Shown one piece after another: positions 27,337 through 35,531 of a stretch of DNA of 35,531 nucleotides. Origin of the DNA: an uncultured Thermococci archaeon. Its GTDB lineage: Archaea; Methanobacteriota_B; Thermococci; Thermococcales; Thermococcaceae. The notes beneath the pieces were generated by a model. It was not told the origin of the DNA. It did not search any database and saw only the letters and a list, made by a program, of their open reading frames with translations. The translations under genes and the position numbers were made by a program. Numbering within the stretch: the stretch's first letter is position 1; each line of letters opens with the position of its first letter. The stretch covers positions 1 through 35,531 of the forward strand of contig CAZAPD010000131.1 of NCBI GenBank assembly GCA_964487115.1, in the 5' to 3' direction.

Positions 27337-27942
27337 TCACACAAAGCTCAGAATGTCATTGATGCTCTTTTTTCTTTCTCGGGGATTTATTTCTTCTCGT
27401 GGATAGCCAATCGTTATCAACCCCACCAAGCGATATTCATCGCCGAGCCCGGCCATTCTCCTGAGCTCCTTTTCTATTTCCTCAAAACACGCAACGCCGA
27501 TATAACATGTTCCAAGACCAAATTCAACAGCTTTGAGCATTAGATTTTCAATTGCCATCGCAGCACTCTCCAGTGCCCAATAGAACTCCAGATGGCTGTA
27601 TTCTTCATCTTTGAGGGCTTTAACTTCCCGGTTTATGAATACTCCCAGATAAAGGGGAGCCCTATACATTCCATCCTCAAATCTCTTCATGAGCTTCTGC
27701 ATTTTTTCTTTTGGCAGTCCCCTTTTCTGGAAGTATTCAATGTGTCCGTTAATTAAAAGGTGATGTATCCTATCAACAGCTTCTCTGCTCTCATATGCAA
27801 CAAATACCCAGTTCTCCAGCCCGCTTGCGGTTGGGGCTCTTATGGCCGCTTTAACCAATTTCTTCAGAGTATCTTTGGAAATTGGAGTGTCAGAGTAATA
27901 TCTGATAGAAGTCCTTCTTTGAATAACCTCGTCAAGTTCCAT
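27337..27942 (-). CDS. Nitroreductase family protein
   Basis: RRTSIRYY, APTASGLENW, ENLMLKAVEFGLGTCYI and ITIGYP motifs. Confidence 0.92.
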   Translation of the reverse strand: MELDEVIQRRTSIRYYSDTPISKDTLKKLVKAAIRAPTASGLENWVFVAYESREAVDRIHHLLINGHIEYFQKRGLPKEKMQKLMKRFEDGMYRAPLYLGVFINREVKALKDEEYSHLEFYWALESAAMAIENLMLKAVEFGLGTCYIGVACFEEIEKELRRMAGLGDEYRLVGLITIGYPREEINPRERKKSINDILSFV

Positions 27943-28037
27943 ACTATCACCATCTTAACGTTTGATCTGGGTTTAATTAATCTTTCCAGAACCAAAGGTT
28001 TATTATCTCTCCCGGATATTCATTTTTAGGTGAAAAC

Positions 28038-28751
28038 ATGTACGGGTGGAGAGGTAGAATTGGCCTTATAGTTCCTTCCTCCAACACCACAATGGAGATG
28101 GAGCTCAACTCCGCTATTCCTGGGGGGATATCACTCCACACCGCCAGAATGCCGCTCAGAAATGTAAATGAAGAAGAGCTTGTGAAAATGAGCGGGCTGG
28201 CAGTTGAGAGTGCCAGACTTCTTAAGGATGCGGATGTGGACATAATTCTCTATGGATGTACAAGCGGTTCTTTCATAGGTGGTAGGAATTTTGAGAAGGA
28301 ACTGGAGAGAAAAATAGAGGATGCTGTGAATATACCTGTTGTGACGACATCAACTGCAGTTATCGAGGCCTTAAAGATACTCGATGCAAGGGATATTCTC
28401 GTTATAACACCCTACACTAATGAGATAAATCTGCGGGAAAAAGAATTCCTTGAAGCGAATGACTTCGAAGTTCTCGACATTAGGGGGTTGGGAATTGAAG
28501 AAAATACAAAAATTGGCAAGCTTGAACCTTACGAGGCGTATCGATTAGCTAAAGCCACTTTCATGGAAGAGGCGGAGGCAATATTTATCAGCTGTACAAA
28601 CTTCAGAACCTTTGAAATAATAGAGGCCTTAGAGGAGGATCTTGGGATTCCTGTCGTTACAAGCAATCAGGCTTCTCTGTGGCTAACTCTCAGAGAGCTG
28701 GATGTAATGGAAAAAATCCCGGGTCTCGGGAGGCTTTTTGTAGAATTTTAA
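28038..28751 (+). CDS. Maleate cis-trans isomerase / Asp-Glu racemase family protein
   Basis: RIGLIVPSSNTTME, YGCTSGS, ISCTN and TSNQA motifs. Confidence 0.9.
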   Translation: MYGWRGRIGLIVPSSNTTMEMELNSAIPGGISLHTARMPLRNVNEEELVKMSGLAVESARLLKDADVDIILYGCTSGSFIGGRNFEKELERKIEDAVNIPVVTTSTAVIEALKILDARDILVITPYTNEINLREKEFLEANDFEVLDIRGLGIEENTKIGKLEPYEAYRLAKATFMEEAEAIFISCTNFRTFEIIEALEEDLGIPVVTSNQASLWLTLRELDVMEKIPGLGRLFVEF

Positions 28752-28802
28752 CTGTCTAACTTCCGAAATTCTTTTAAGTCGTTTTACCATTTTCCATCCA
28801 GT

Positions 28803-28819
28803 ACTCACCGAGGGTGATA
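28803..28819 (+). promoter_or_regulatory. TGM (TrmBL1/Tgr site) downstream of the pfk promoter
   Basis: ACTCAC-CGAGG-GTGATA overlapping the SD, downstream of BRE/TATA gaaatt-cttttaag (about 28765-28778). Confidence 0.7.
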
Positions 28820-28823
28820 ACAA

Positions 28824-30197
28824 ATGGAGCTGCTGGAAAAGGCGAGAGGGCTGAGTATTTACACGGCATACAACATAAACGTTGATGCAATAGTATATCT
28901 AAAGGAGGAGCATATCAAGAAACTCGTGAGTGAATTTGGGGAGAATGCCATCAGGAAAAGAATGGATGAATATCCCAGGGAGGTTAATGAACCCTTAGAC
29001 TTTGTTGCTCGCCTCATTCTTGCTCTCAAGACAGGAAAGCCCATGGCTGTGCCGCTTGTAAATGAGGAGCTCCATACATGGTTTGATTCTCATTTTGAAT
29101 ACGATCTTGAGAGGATGGGTGGACAAGCGGGGATAATAAGCAATCTTCTCGCAAGTCTTGACTTCAGAAGGGTGATTGTTTATTCTCCAATCCTCGCAGA
29201 AAAACAGGCAAAAATGTTTGTAAATAAGCCCAACCTTCTTTATCCTGTTGTTGAAAATGGAAAGCTGATATTCAAGCATCCCCAAGAGGCCTACAGGAAG
29301 GGAGATCCTATAAAAATCAACCGCATCTTTGAGTTCAGAAAGGGCATGAGATTTAAACTTGGCGATGAGCTTATCGAGGTTCCTTTCTCTGGCAGATTCA
29401 TTCTCTCATCCAGATTTGAAAGCATAAAGATTGAGACCAAGGATGATCTTAGGCCATTCCTCCCTGAGATAGGTGAAAGCACGGATGGGGCAATACTTTC
29501 TGGCTATCAGGGTATAAAGCTGCGCTATTCCGATGGAAAAGACGCCAACTACTACCTTAAAAGAGCAAAAGAGGATATAATGCTGCTTAAAAGAAACCGG
29601 GATGTTAAGATTCACCTTGAATTTGCCTCAATTCAGAATCGCGAATTGAGGAAGAAGGTTATTTACAACCTCTTTCCTCTCGTTGACAGCGTTGGTATGG
29701 ATGAATCTGAGATAGCTCATGTGTTGAATGCCTTAGGCTATTCCCAACTCGCTGACAGAATATTTACCTATAATAGGATCGAAGATACTGTCCTTGGCGG
29801 CAAAATCTTGATAGATGAAATGAACCTTGAAGTTCTCCAGATACACACGATTTATTACATCATGTATATTACCCACAAGGATAATCCGCTGAGCGAAGAT
29901 GAGCTAAGGAACAGCCTTGAAATTGCAACGACACTCGCTGCAGCGAGAGCAAAGCTGGGAGGTATTAAAACTCCAGAGGACTTTAGGGCAGGTTTAACAG
30001 TTCCATACAACGAAAGAGGCGAATTCGTTAAGCTTAGATTTGAGGAGGCAAAGAGAAGGACAAGGGAGTATAAGGTTGTAATAATCCCGACAAGACTCGT
30101 CAAGAATCCTGTCTCCACTGTAGGTCTTGGTGACACCATCTCAGCAGGGGCATTTACAAGCTATCTGGCAATGCTCAAAGAGAAGGGGAATCTTTAG
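28824..30197 (+). CDS. pfkC: ADP-dependent phosphofructokinase
   Basis: AYNINVD, RMGGQAG, INRIFEF, SGRFI, HLEFAS and PVSTVGLGDTIS motifs; the N/R pattern fits PFK rather than glucokinase. Confidence 0.9.
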   Translation: MELLEKARGLSIYTAYNINVDAIVYLKEEHIKKLVSEFGENAIRKRMDEYPREVNEPLDFVARLILALKTGKPMAVPLVNEELHTWFDSHFEYDLERMGGQAGIISNLLASLDFRRVIVYSPILAEKQAKMFVNKPNLLYPVVENGKLIFKHPQEAYRKGDPIKINRIFEFRKGMRFKLGDELIEVPFSGRFILSSRFESIKIETKDDLRPFLPEIGESTDGAILSGYQGIKLRYSDGKDANYYLKRAKEDIMLLKRNRDVKIHLEFASIQNRELRKKVIYNLFPLVDSVGMDESEIAHVLNALGYSQLADRIFTYNRIEDTVLGGKILIDEMNLEVLQIHTIYYIMYITHKDNPLSEDELRNSLEIATTLAAARAKLGGIKTPEDFRAGLTVPYNERGEFVKLRFEEAKRRTREYKVVIIPTRLVKNPVSTVGLGDTISAGAFTSYLAMLKEKGNL

Positions 30198-30258
30198 TCT
30201 TTCAATTTTTGGTATGATATACTGCATTGGACTTTAAAAATATACAAAAGGGTACCAC

Positions 30259-31092
30259 TCACTCCATCAGCCCTTCTATCAGCCTTGCCTTCTCCTGTGC
30301 CTTCTTTAGATGCTCTACTGTAACTTTGGTGTAAATCTGTGTCGTTGAGAGGTTCGAATGCCCTAAGATTTCTTGGATAATCCTTATATCAACTCCATTT
30401 TCGAGCATATGGGTGGCAAAGCTGTGTCTCAACATGTGAGGTGTTACCTTTATTCCGATTCTTTTTCCATATTTGTTGAGAATATACCATACGGTCTTTG
30501 GGGAAATTCGATCTTTCTTCTCCCTTCTCTCCTCAACGAGGAGATATTCACTATTGTCATTTCTGCTGGCGAGATACTCCCTAATTTCCTCAATAACTGG
30601 TTTCGAAAGGGGTACTATTCTATCCTTAGCTCCTTTGCCTCCTCTAACAGTTATAATTCCTCTATCAAGATCAACATCCTTTATTTTTAGGTTGCAGAGT
30701 TCGCTAACTCTTAATCCAGTGCCATAAAGCAGAAGAACTATAAGCCTGTCGCGTTTTTTAAGAGGAGAAATTACACCTAAGAGCTTCTTCACTTCCGCTT
30801 TTGTTAAGGCCTTTGGCAAACTTCTTGGAACCTTTGGAGGTTTAAGCTTTTCAGCTTCCTCATCAAGCCCCTCAAAGCGGAAATAAGAACGGAGGGCCTG
30901 AACGACCAAATTTAAGCTTTTATTTGAATATCCTTCTTTTTTAAGCTTGGCTAAAAAACGAAGAGCAGAGCGGGAGTTCAGCCCATAACCCCCATTAAGA
31001 TAGCGTTTTATATAGTAGGAGTACATCCTCACTGTGTTCTGGCTCTTGCCCTCCAACTCAAGATACATCTGAAACTCTTCAAGGTCGCTCAT
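30259..31092 (-). CDS. xerA: Site-specific tyrosine recombinase XerA
   Basis: [25 protein letters not shown] and [12 protein letters not shown] catalytic motifs; 277 aa. Confidence 0.9.
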   Translation of the reverse strand: MSDLEEFQMYLELEGKSQNTVRMYSYYIKRYLNGGYGLNSRSALRFLAKLKKEGYSNKSLNLVVQALRSYFRFEGLDEEAEKLKPPKVPRSLPKALTKAEVKKLLGVISPLKKRDRLIVLLLYGTGLRVSELCNLKIKDVDLDRGIITVRGGKGAKDRIVPLSKPVIEEIREYLASRNDNSEYLLVEERREKKDRISPKTVWYILNKYGKRIGIKVTPHMLRHSFATHMLENGVDIRIIQEILGHSNLSTTQIYTKVTVEHLKKAQEKARLIEGLME

Positions 31093-31095
31093 TCA

Positions 31096-31944
31096 TCACA
31101 GCCCTCTGAGGAGCTTTTCTATATCTTCTTCTGTCTCCTCTTTCGGAGGTTCTGGTGGAATTTCCTCAGGCTCCGTTGGTGGCTCCTTTATCGTCAGACT
31201 CAAGTAAACTGTTTTGAGCAGATCTTCAACGAGCCTTCTGCTTTCTGAGTATATGTATCCCTGTCCTACTATGACTTTTCCTTTAAGACCGAGCTTCTCA
31301 ACTGCTTTTCCTATGTATTCCTCTTCTGGCATCTCTTCGACGGGGAAGAGACTCTTCCAAACCTCTTCAAGTTTGTATGTGTTGACTCTTCCTTCAAGTA
31401 GTTTCCTGAGTTCGCTGTTTTCGGCCAGTAACTGTTCATTTTGGCTCTTTAGTTCTGTATATTTTGTCTCAAGTTCTTTATGAGCTTTTTCAAGTTCTTC
31501 ATGGTCCCTTAAAATGCCTTCATATCTACCTCTGAGATCAAGGAGCTGGTTCCTGAGAGCCATGTATTCGGGGAGTATCTGTAGGCTTTTCAGGCCGGCT
31601 CTGACAAGGGTGTTCTTAAGCTCCTTCCTCACCAGCTCAACATCAACATGCTCAAGATCATGGCCGAGGGGGAGTTTCATCCTCTCCACATGCCCTACCA
31701 TTTCGCTGAGTTCCGTATAGAGCCTCTCGGCTAAATCCCTCCCGACCCTATCGGCATCCGTCGCTATTATAAGCAAATCTGCTCCGGCAGCTGCGCTTTT
31801 CGCTATCTCAATATTGGTCGTTGGGATTATTGAGGAAATTGTGATGTTGTATTCACTTCCTAAAGCAAGACCTTGGAGGGCTTTACTTACCACCTCAACG
31901 TCGCTCGCACCTTCAACCAGAATCCTTACATCGACTATGGTCAT
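31096..31944 (-). CDS. TOPRIM-domain protein with coiled coil
   Basis: LVEGASD and ATDADRVGR TOPRIM motifs, heptad-rich central region, acidic/Pro tail. SD gaggtga supports ATG 31944. Confidence 0.82.
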   Translation of the reverse strand: MTIVDVRILVEGASDVEVVSKALQGLALGSEYNITISSIIPTTNIEIAKSAAAGADLLIIATDADRVGRDLAERLYTELSEMVGHVERMKLPLGHDLEHVDVELVRKELKNTLVRAGLKSLQILPEYMALRNQLLDLRGRYEGILRDHEELEKAHKELETKYTELKSQNEQLLAENSELRKLLEGRVNTYKLEEVWKSLFPVEEMPEEEYIGKAVEKLGLKGKVIVGQGYIYSESRRLVEDLLKTVYLSLTIKEPPTEPEEIPPEPPKEETEEDIEKLLRGL

Positions 31945-31978
31945 TCCCTTCACCTCCGGGGTGTTACCCAAGTTTAAA

Positions 31979-32710
31979 TCAAGAGTGGAGTTTAAAAATT
32001 CTCCCCAGCTCAATCTTAAGACTTGGCTTTTCCAGAATCACCGTGCCATCGGATAGAATTGAGATGCTGAGGGCACGAATCTCAACTCCTGCTTTGTTGG
32101 CCTCCATGAGCAGTCGGGCTATCTCAGGATCACCCTCTGAATAAGGTTTGAACTTCTCAACACCCGGCATTGCACCGATGAAGAAAATCATGGCCCTTTT
32201 TCCAGCTTTTGAGAGCTCAATGAGTTCTCTTATATGCTTTCGACCTCGCAGTGATGGGCAATCTGGATACATGGCATATTCCCCCTTTTTGCCGCCTCTC
32301 AGCACTGCACTCTTCATCTCAGCGTAAATTTCGCCGTTGGGACATTCGAAGAGGTAATCGAGACGTGATTTTCTGATTGTTACCTCTTTTCGTTTTATGC
32401 TACAATTGTTAAGCCATGGAATAAGATTCAGTTCGATAGCTCTCTCAAACGCTTTTGCTTGGATTCTCGTGTCAATTATAGCCCCTTTAGAATTTTTATC
32501 TTCAAAAGCAACTAAAACAAAGTCAGTTTTTCCTCCTTGTTTTGGAGTACAGAAGCACTTCCTACCTTTAACCATAAATTCCTCTAAGCGTCCAGTGTTT
32601 GTTATAAGGGCTCGTTTGATTTCCCCATTTATTTTGACCAATCCAACGAATCTGTTTATCCTCTCAATGAACTCTCCTTTAACGATGGGAAGCTTTAGGA
32701 GTACCATCAT
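31979..32710 (-). CDS. sfsA: DNA/RNA nuclease SfsA (sugar fermentation stimulation protein)
   Basis: RINRF, NTGRL, SRLDYL, EMKS and YPDCPSLRGRKHIREL motifs. Confidence 0.92.
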   Translation of the reverse strand: MMVLLKLPIVKGEFIERINRFVGLVKINGEIKRALITNTGRLEEFMVKGRKCFCTPKQGGKTDFVLVAFEDKNSKGAIIDTRIQAKAFERAIELNLIPWLNNCSIKRKEVTIRKSRLDYLFECPNGEIYAEMKSAVLRGGKKGEYAMYPDCPSLRGRKHIRELIELSKAGKRAMIFFIGAMPGVEKFKPYSEGDPEIARLLMEANKAGVEIRALSISILSDGTVILEKPSLKIELGRIFKLHS

Positions 32711-32788
32711 GAACAACTAAATTTTTTCATTGAAAAGATTTGTGACCAAAAATCTTAAAGTGATATATGCAAATAATTTCATCAGAGG

Positions 32789-33346
32789 ATGAATATGGAG
32801 GATATTAGTGTTTTAATAGAAAAGTGGAGGGAAATTTATAAGGCAGAGGTTAAGAGCAAAAAGAAGCATAAAGAGGAGGTTAGACTAACTCCTGAGAACT
32901 ATTTCAATGTTGTACGTCCGTTTTTCATGAAAATCTCTCCGGAGGATAGAGAGTACGTGAGGACTTTTAGAATGGTTTCGTATGGCATGCTTGAATACAG
33001 TCCATCTTTGAGGACTCTAATTCTGAGAGGTGCAGGATATAATTTAGCTCGCAGATTAATAGAAACTGGTGAAATTAAGGACATTGATGATCTACCAAAA
33101 GTATTTCTAAATCAAAAAATAGGGCTTCTTGATATTGTAGATGAGTCATTTAGCAAGATGAAAGTAAACATATACGAATGCATCAGCTGTTACCGAGCAC
33201 CTCCTATTGGCAGAACCCTATGCGACTTTGAAGCTGGGCTTATTCAAGGAGTCATGGAGGAACTCGTAGGAAAGAACATAACTCGTGAGATTTACTGTTG
33301 GGGACTCGGCAACTCCTTCTGTGGATTTGAAGTGATATTTGAGTGA
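32789..33346 (+). CDS. corQ: V4R (4-vinyl reductase) domain protein, CO-responsive regulator partner CorQ
   Basis: YECISC, LCDFEAG, EIYCWGLG..FC.F V4R pattern; position upstream of cooF-cooS. Confidence 0.75.
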   Translation: MNMEDISVLIEKWREIYKAEVKSKKKHKEEVRLTPENYFNVVRPFFMKISPEDREYVRTFRMVSYGMLEYSPSLRTLILRGAGYNLARRLIETGEIKDIDDLPKVFLNQKIGLLDIVDESFSKMKVNIYECISCYRAPPIGRTLCDFEAGLIQGVMEELVGKNITREIYCWGLGNSFCGFEVIFE

Positions 33347-33352
33347 TGGATT

Positions 33353-34465
33353 ATGAGCATTTTAGCAGTTCAACCTTCAAGCAAATGCGACAGTAGTTGT
33401 TTGATATGTCCTTGGAAAGAGAAATTTGGTTGCGCTGGAATAATGCTCCCTCTTGAAGCATTAGAAATCCTCAGCGCTCATCTCGAAGATTTTAAATTTG
33501 ATGAAGGACTTTTGACATGTCCAAATCCTCTTCTCCATCCGAAAATTGACATCATAATCAGGCAAATTAGAGAACTCTGTAGGAATATTATTCTCTTCCT
33601 CCCAATAGCGGTTTCAAGGAATTTTCTTCACAAGACTTCTCTTGAAAACGTTGATTTTATCTCTCTAATTATACCATCGTATAAAGACATAAAGTCAAAC
33701 CTTCAGACAATAAAAATGCTCCTCTCCCAAGGTATAGATAATCTTGAGGTATATATTCTGTTGGATTCCAACTCTGATTTCGCGGAAATCCTTTCAACAA
33801 TCGAGCTGTCCAAAAGTTATGGATTAAAGATAACTCTAGGACCAAAACTTTACACATCTCCATATGCAGACAAATTCCTTGAAAAAATCGCGAAGAAAGA
33901 AAACGTCGAAATTGGTCTCCATTATGGAAGGAAGTATTTTTACAATGCCATTAAGGTCTTCATAGACAATTACCCCGTAACGCTACTAACCTCTCCGAGT
34001 GCTGAGAACTGTAAAACCCTATATTTAAATCCCTATGGAAACTTTTCAAAATGTCCACTTTCGAGATTTGAGGTGAATTATAAGAGGATAACCACAGAAG
34101 ACCTAAGAAAAATGCTCTTTTCACCCTGTGCCATAAATCAAAACGTCGTTGGACTTTCACCTAAAATACGAGTCTCATTCGTGACAAAAGATGGTGTTGA
34201 GATTCCGGGGGAAATTTTAGAACTTTTGGAGTTAATCTCTCAAGTCAATTCATTTAGAGCTGCATGTAAAGCTCTCGGAGTTTCTCCTTCAACATATTGG
34301 GAAAAAATAAAGAATCTTGAGGAAAAGTTAGGAATCTCCCTAATTATATCCGTTAGAGGAGGTAGGAAGAAAGGAATAACAATTCTGACGGACTTTGCTA
34401 AAGACCTTTTGAGAGAATATAGGGAAATAAGAGAAAAAGCAATAGTATCACTTTATGAATACTAA
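33353..34465 (+). CDS. corR: CO-responsive transcriptional regulator CorR (C-terminal LysR/ModE-type HTH)
   Basis: C-terminal SFRAACKALGVSPSTYWEKIKNLEEKLGISLIISVRGG; lies between the V4R gene and cooF. Confidence 0.75.
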   Translation: MSILAVQPSSKCDSSCLICPWKEKFGCAGIMLPLEALEILSAHLEDFKFDEGLLTCPNPLLHPKIDIIIRQIRELCRNIILFLPIAVSRNFLHKTSLENVDFISLIIPSYKDIKSNLQTIKMLLSQGIDNLEVYILLDSNSDFAEILSTIELSKSYGLKITLGPKLYTSPYADKFLEKIAKKENVEIGLHYGRKYFYNAIKVFIDNYPVTLLTSPSAENCKTLYLNPYGNFSKCPLSRFEVNYKRITTEDLRKMLFSPCAINQNVVGLSPKIRVSFVTKDGVEIPGEILELLELISQVNSFRAACKALGVSPSTYWEKIKNLEEKLGISLIISVRGGRKKGITILTDFAKDLLREYREIREKAIVSLYEY

Positions 34466-34568
34466 AGCGTGTTTTTGTGCATGAATAAATTAAGAAGTTT
34501 TTGAGTTGTTTGCCGAACACGATCTCTTTTTAATTTTCTTTGTTTACCTAAGTTTTGAGGTGATAACA

Positions 34569-35204
34569 ATGTCGCTTCTTGGAACAAATTTAGAGAGGCC
34601 AACAATTTACATTGATCCAAAGAAATGCATGGGGTGCAGATCCTGTGAAATAGCCTGTGCAGTAGAGCATTCAATGAGCAAAACACTATTTGGAGCAATC
34701 TTTGAAAAACCAACACCCAAACCAAGATTAAAAGTTATGATTGCAGATTTTTTCAACGTCCCACTGAGGTGTCAGCACTGTGAAGATGCTCCATGTATGA
34801 AAGTTTGCCCAACTGGAGCAATAAAGAAGAGCGAGGAGGGCTTTGTAATACTCAACGCCAATAAGTGTATTGGCTGTTTGATGTGTGTTATGGCCTGTCC
34901 ATTTGGACATCCAAAGTATGAACCAGAATACAAGGTTGTTCTGAAGTGCGATTCGTGCATTGAGAGAATTAGAGGGGGCAAAGAGCCGGCATGCGTAGAG
35001 GCTTGTCCTACCAAGGCATTGAAGTTTGGAACTCTCGAAGAAATTCTGAATGAGGTTAGAAAAGAAAGAGCAGAAGAACTAATTTCGGGCTTGAAAGTTC
35101 CAGGTATTGTATACATGGAGCCTGTTGTTGGAGAAAAGAAGAAAGAAGAAAAAGCCAGTCCAATGGATGTCTATACAGCCTACTTGGAGGTTAAGTGGTA
35201 TTGA
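34569..35204 (+). CDS. cooF: CO dehydrogenase electron-transfer Fe-S protein
   Basis: Four Cys groups (CMGCRSCEIAC, CQHCEDAPCMKVCP, CIGCLMCVMACP, CDSC...ACVEACP); SD gaggtga supports ATG 34569. Confidence 0.9.
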   Translation: MSLLGTNLERPTIYIDPKKCMGCRSCEIACAVEHSMSKTLFGAIFEKPTPKPRLKVMIADFFNVPLRCQHCEDAPCMKVCPTGAIKKSEEGFVILNANKCIGCLMCVMACPFGHPKYEPEYKVVLKCDSCIERIRGGKEPACVEACPTKALKFGTLEEILNEVRKERAEELISGLKVPGIVYMEPVVGEKKKEEKASPMDVYTAYLEVKWY

Positions 35205-35211
35205 GGTGGTT

Positions 35212-35531
35212 ATGATGGTGGAATACGTAAAGTTTAAGATCCCCACAAAGCAGGTTTCCGAAACCAAAGGAGTCGCTGATCTCATTGAAAAGGCTGAGGA
35301 AGAAGGTGTAAAGACCGCTTGGCACCGCTTTTTAGAGCAACAACCCCAATGTGGATTTGGACTACTGGGAATTTGTTGTAGAAACTGTAACATGGGTCCA
35401 TGTAGGATTGACCCATTTGGCGCCGGGCCAACTAAAGGTGTTTGTGGAGCAGATGCTGACACAATAGTTGCAAGGAACATTTTGAGGATGATTGCAGCTG
35501 GCGCTGCAGCACACAGTGATCATGCAAGAGA
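35212..35531 (+). CDS. cooS: Anaerobic Ni-Fe carbon monoxide dehydrogenase catalytic subunit (3'-partial)
   Basis: Not in the ORF track because it runs off the window: MMVEYVKFKIPTKQVSETKGVADLIEKAEEEGVKTAWHRFLEQQPQCGFGLLGICCRNCNMGPCRIDPFGAGPTKGVCGADADTIVARNILRMIAAGAAAHSDHAR, with D- and B-cluster Cys motifs. Confidence 0.95.
   Translation, partial: MMVEYVKFKIPTKQVSETKGVADLIEKAEEEGVKTAWHRFLEQQPQCGFGLLGICCRNCNMGPCRIDPFGAGPTKGVCGADADTIVARNILRMIAAGAAAHSDHAR

Noticed and set aside
30198..30258. dif site next to xerA
   Set aside because: No 11-6-11 imperfect palindrome of the Thermococcales dif type was seen.
30259..31092. Tyrosine recombinase as a provirus or island integrase
   Set aside because: Size and motifs fit housekeeping XerA; no adjacent tRNA, att repeat or viral genes.
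34446..34462. TGM-like TATCAC at the end of corR
   Set aside because: The right arm (GAATAC) does not match GTGATA, and the site lies in coding sequence.
35079..35480. 133-aa minus-strand ORF
   Set aside because: Antisense to cooF/cooS, which have clear motifs on the plus strand.

Overview
Archaeal chromosomal window, Thermococcales-like. This call rests on CGP-CTERM surface anchors, ADP-dependent PFK, ADP-forming acyl-CoA synthetase, xerA, BRE/TATA promoters and GGTGA Shine-Dalgarno sites. From left to right it holds: the end of a CGP-CTERM glucodextranase/amylopullulanase-type gene; an Fe3+/thiamine-family ABC importer, DUF447 and a surface metallophosphoesterase; pgk; a PadR-ferredoxin-ABC exporter operon; nth; a decayed gene and a strand-skewed intergenic element; two PhoU/TrkA-C genes opposite an MgtE-type transporter; acdA/acdB; an MFS gene; a sulfur/tRNA-thiolation block (frameshifted cysK-like gene, THUMP-less ThiI paralogue, frameshifted HEPN plus MNT pair, DUF998, full-length thiI); nitroreductase; maleate isomerase family gene; pfkC; xerA-TOPRIM-sfsA; and the start of a CO-oxidation cluster (corQ, corR, cooF, partial cooS). 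The most notable observations are: (1) a HEPN gene missed by the ORF track, paired with an MNT that has an extra C-terminal domain, with twin GTAG-N6-CTAC palindromes around its promoter; (2) two ThiI paralogues with complementary losses, one lacking the third Fe-S Cys and the other lacking THUMP; (3) a radical-SAM/SPASM-like Cys pattern in the CO regulator CorR; (4) a ~130-aa beta-rich insertion in the ABC permease. All family calls come from motif recognition by eye; no database searches were run.
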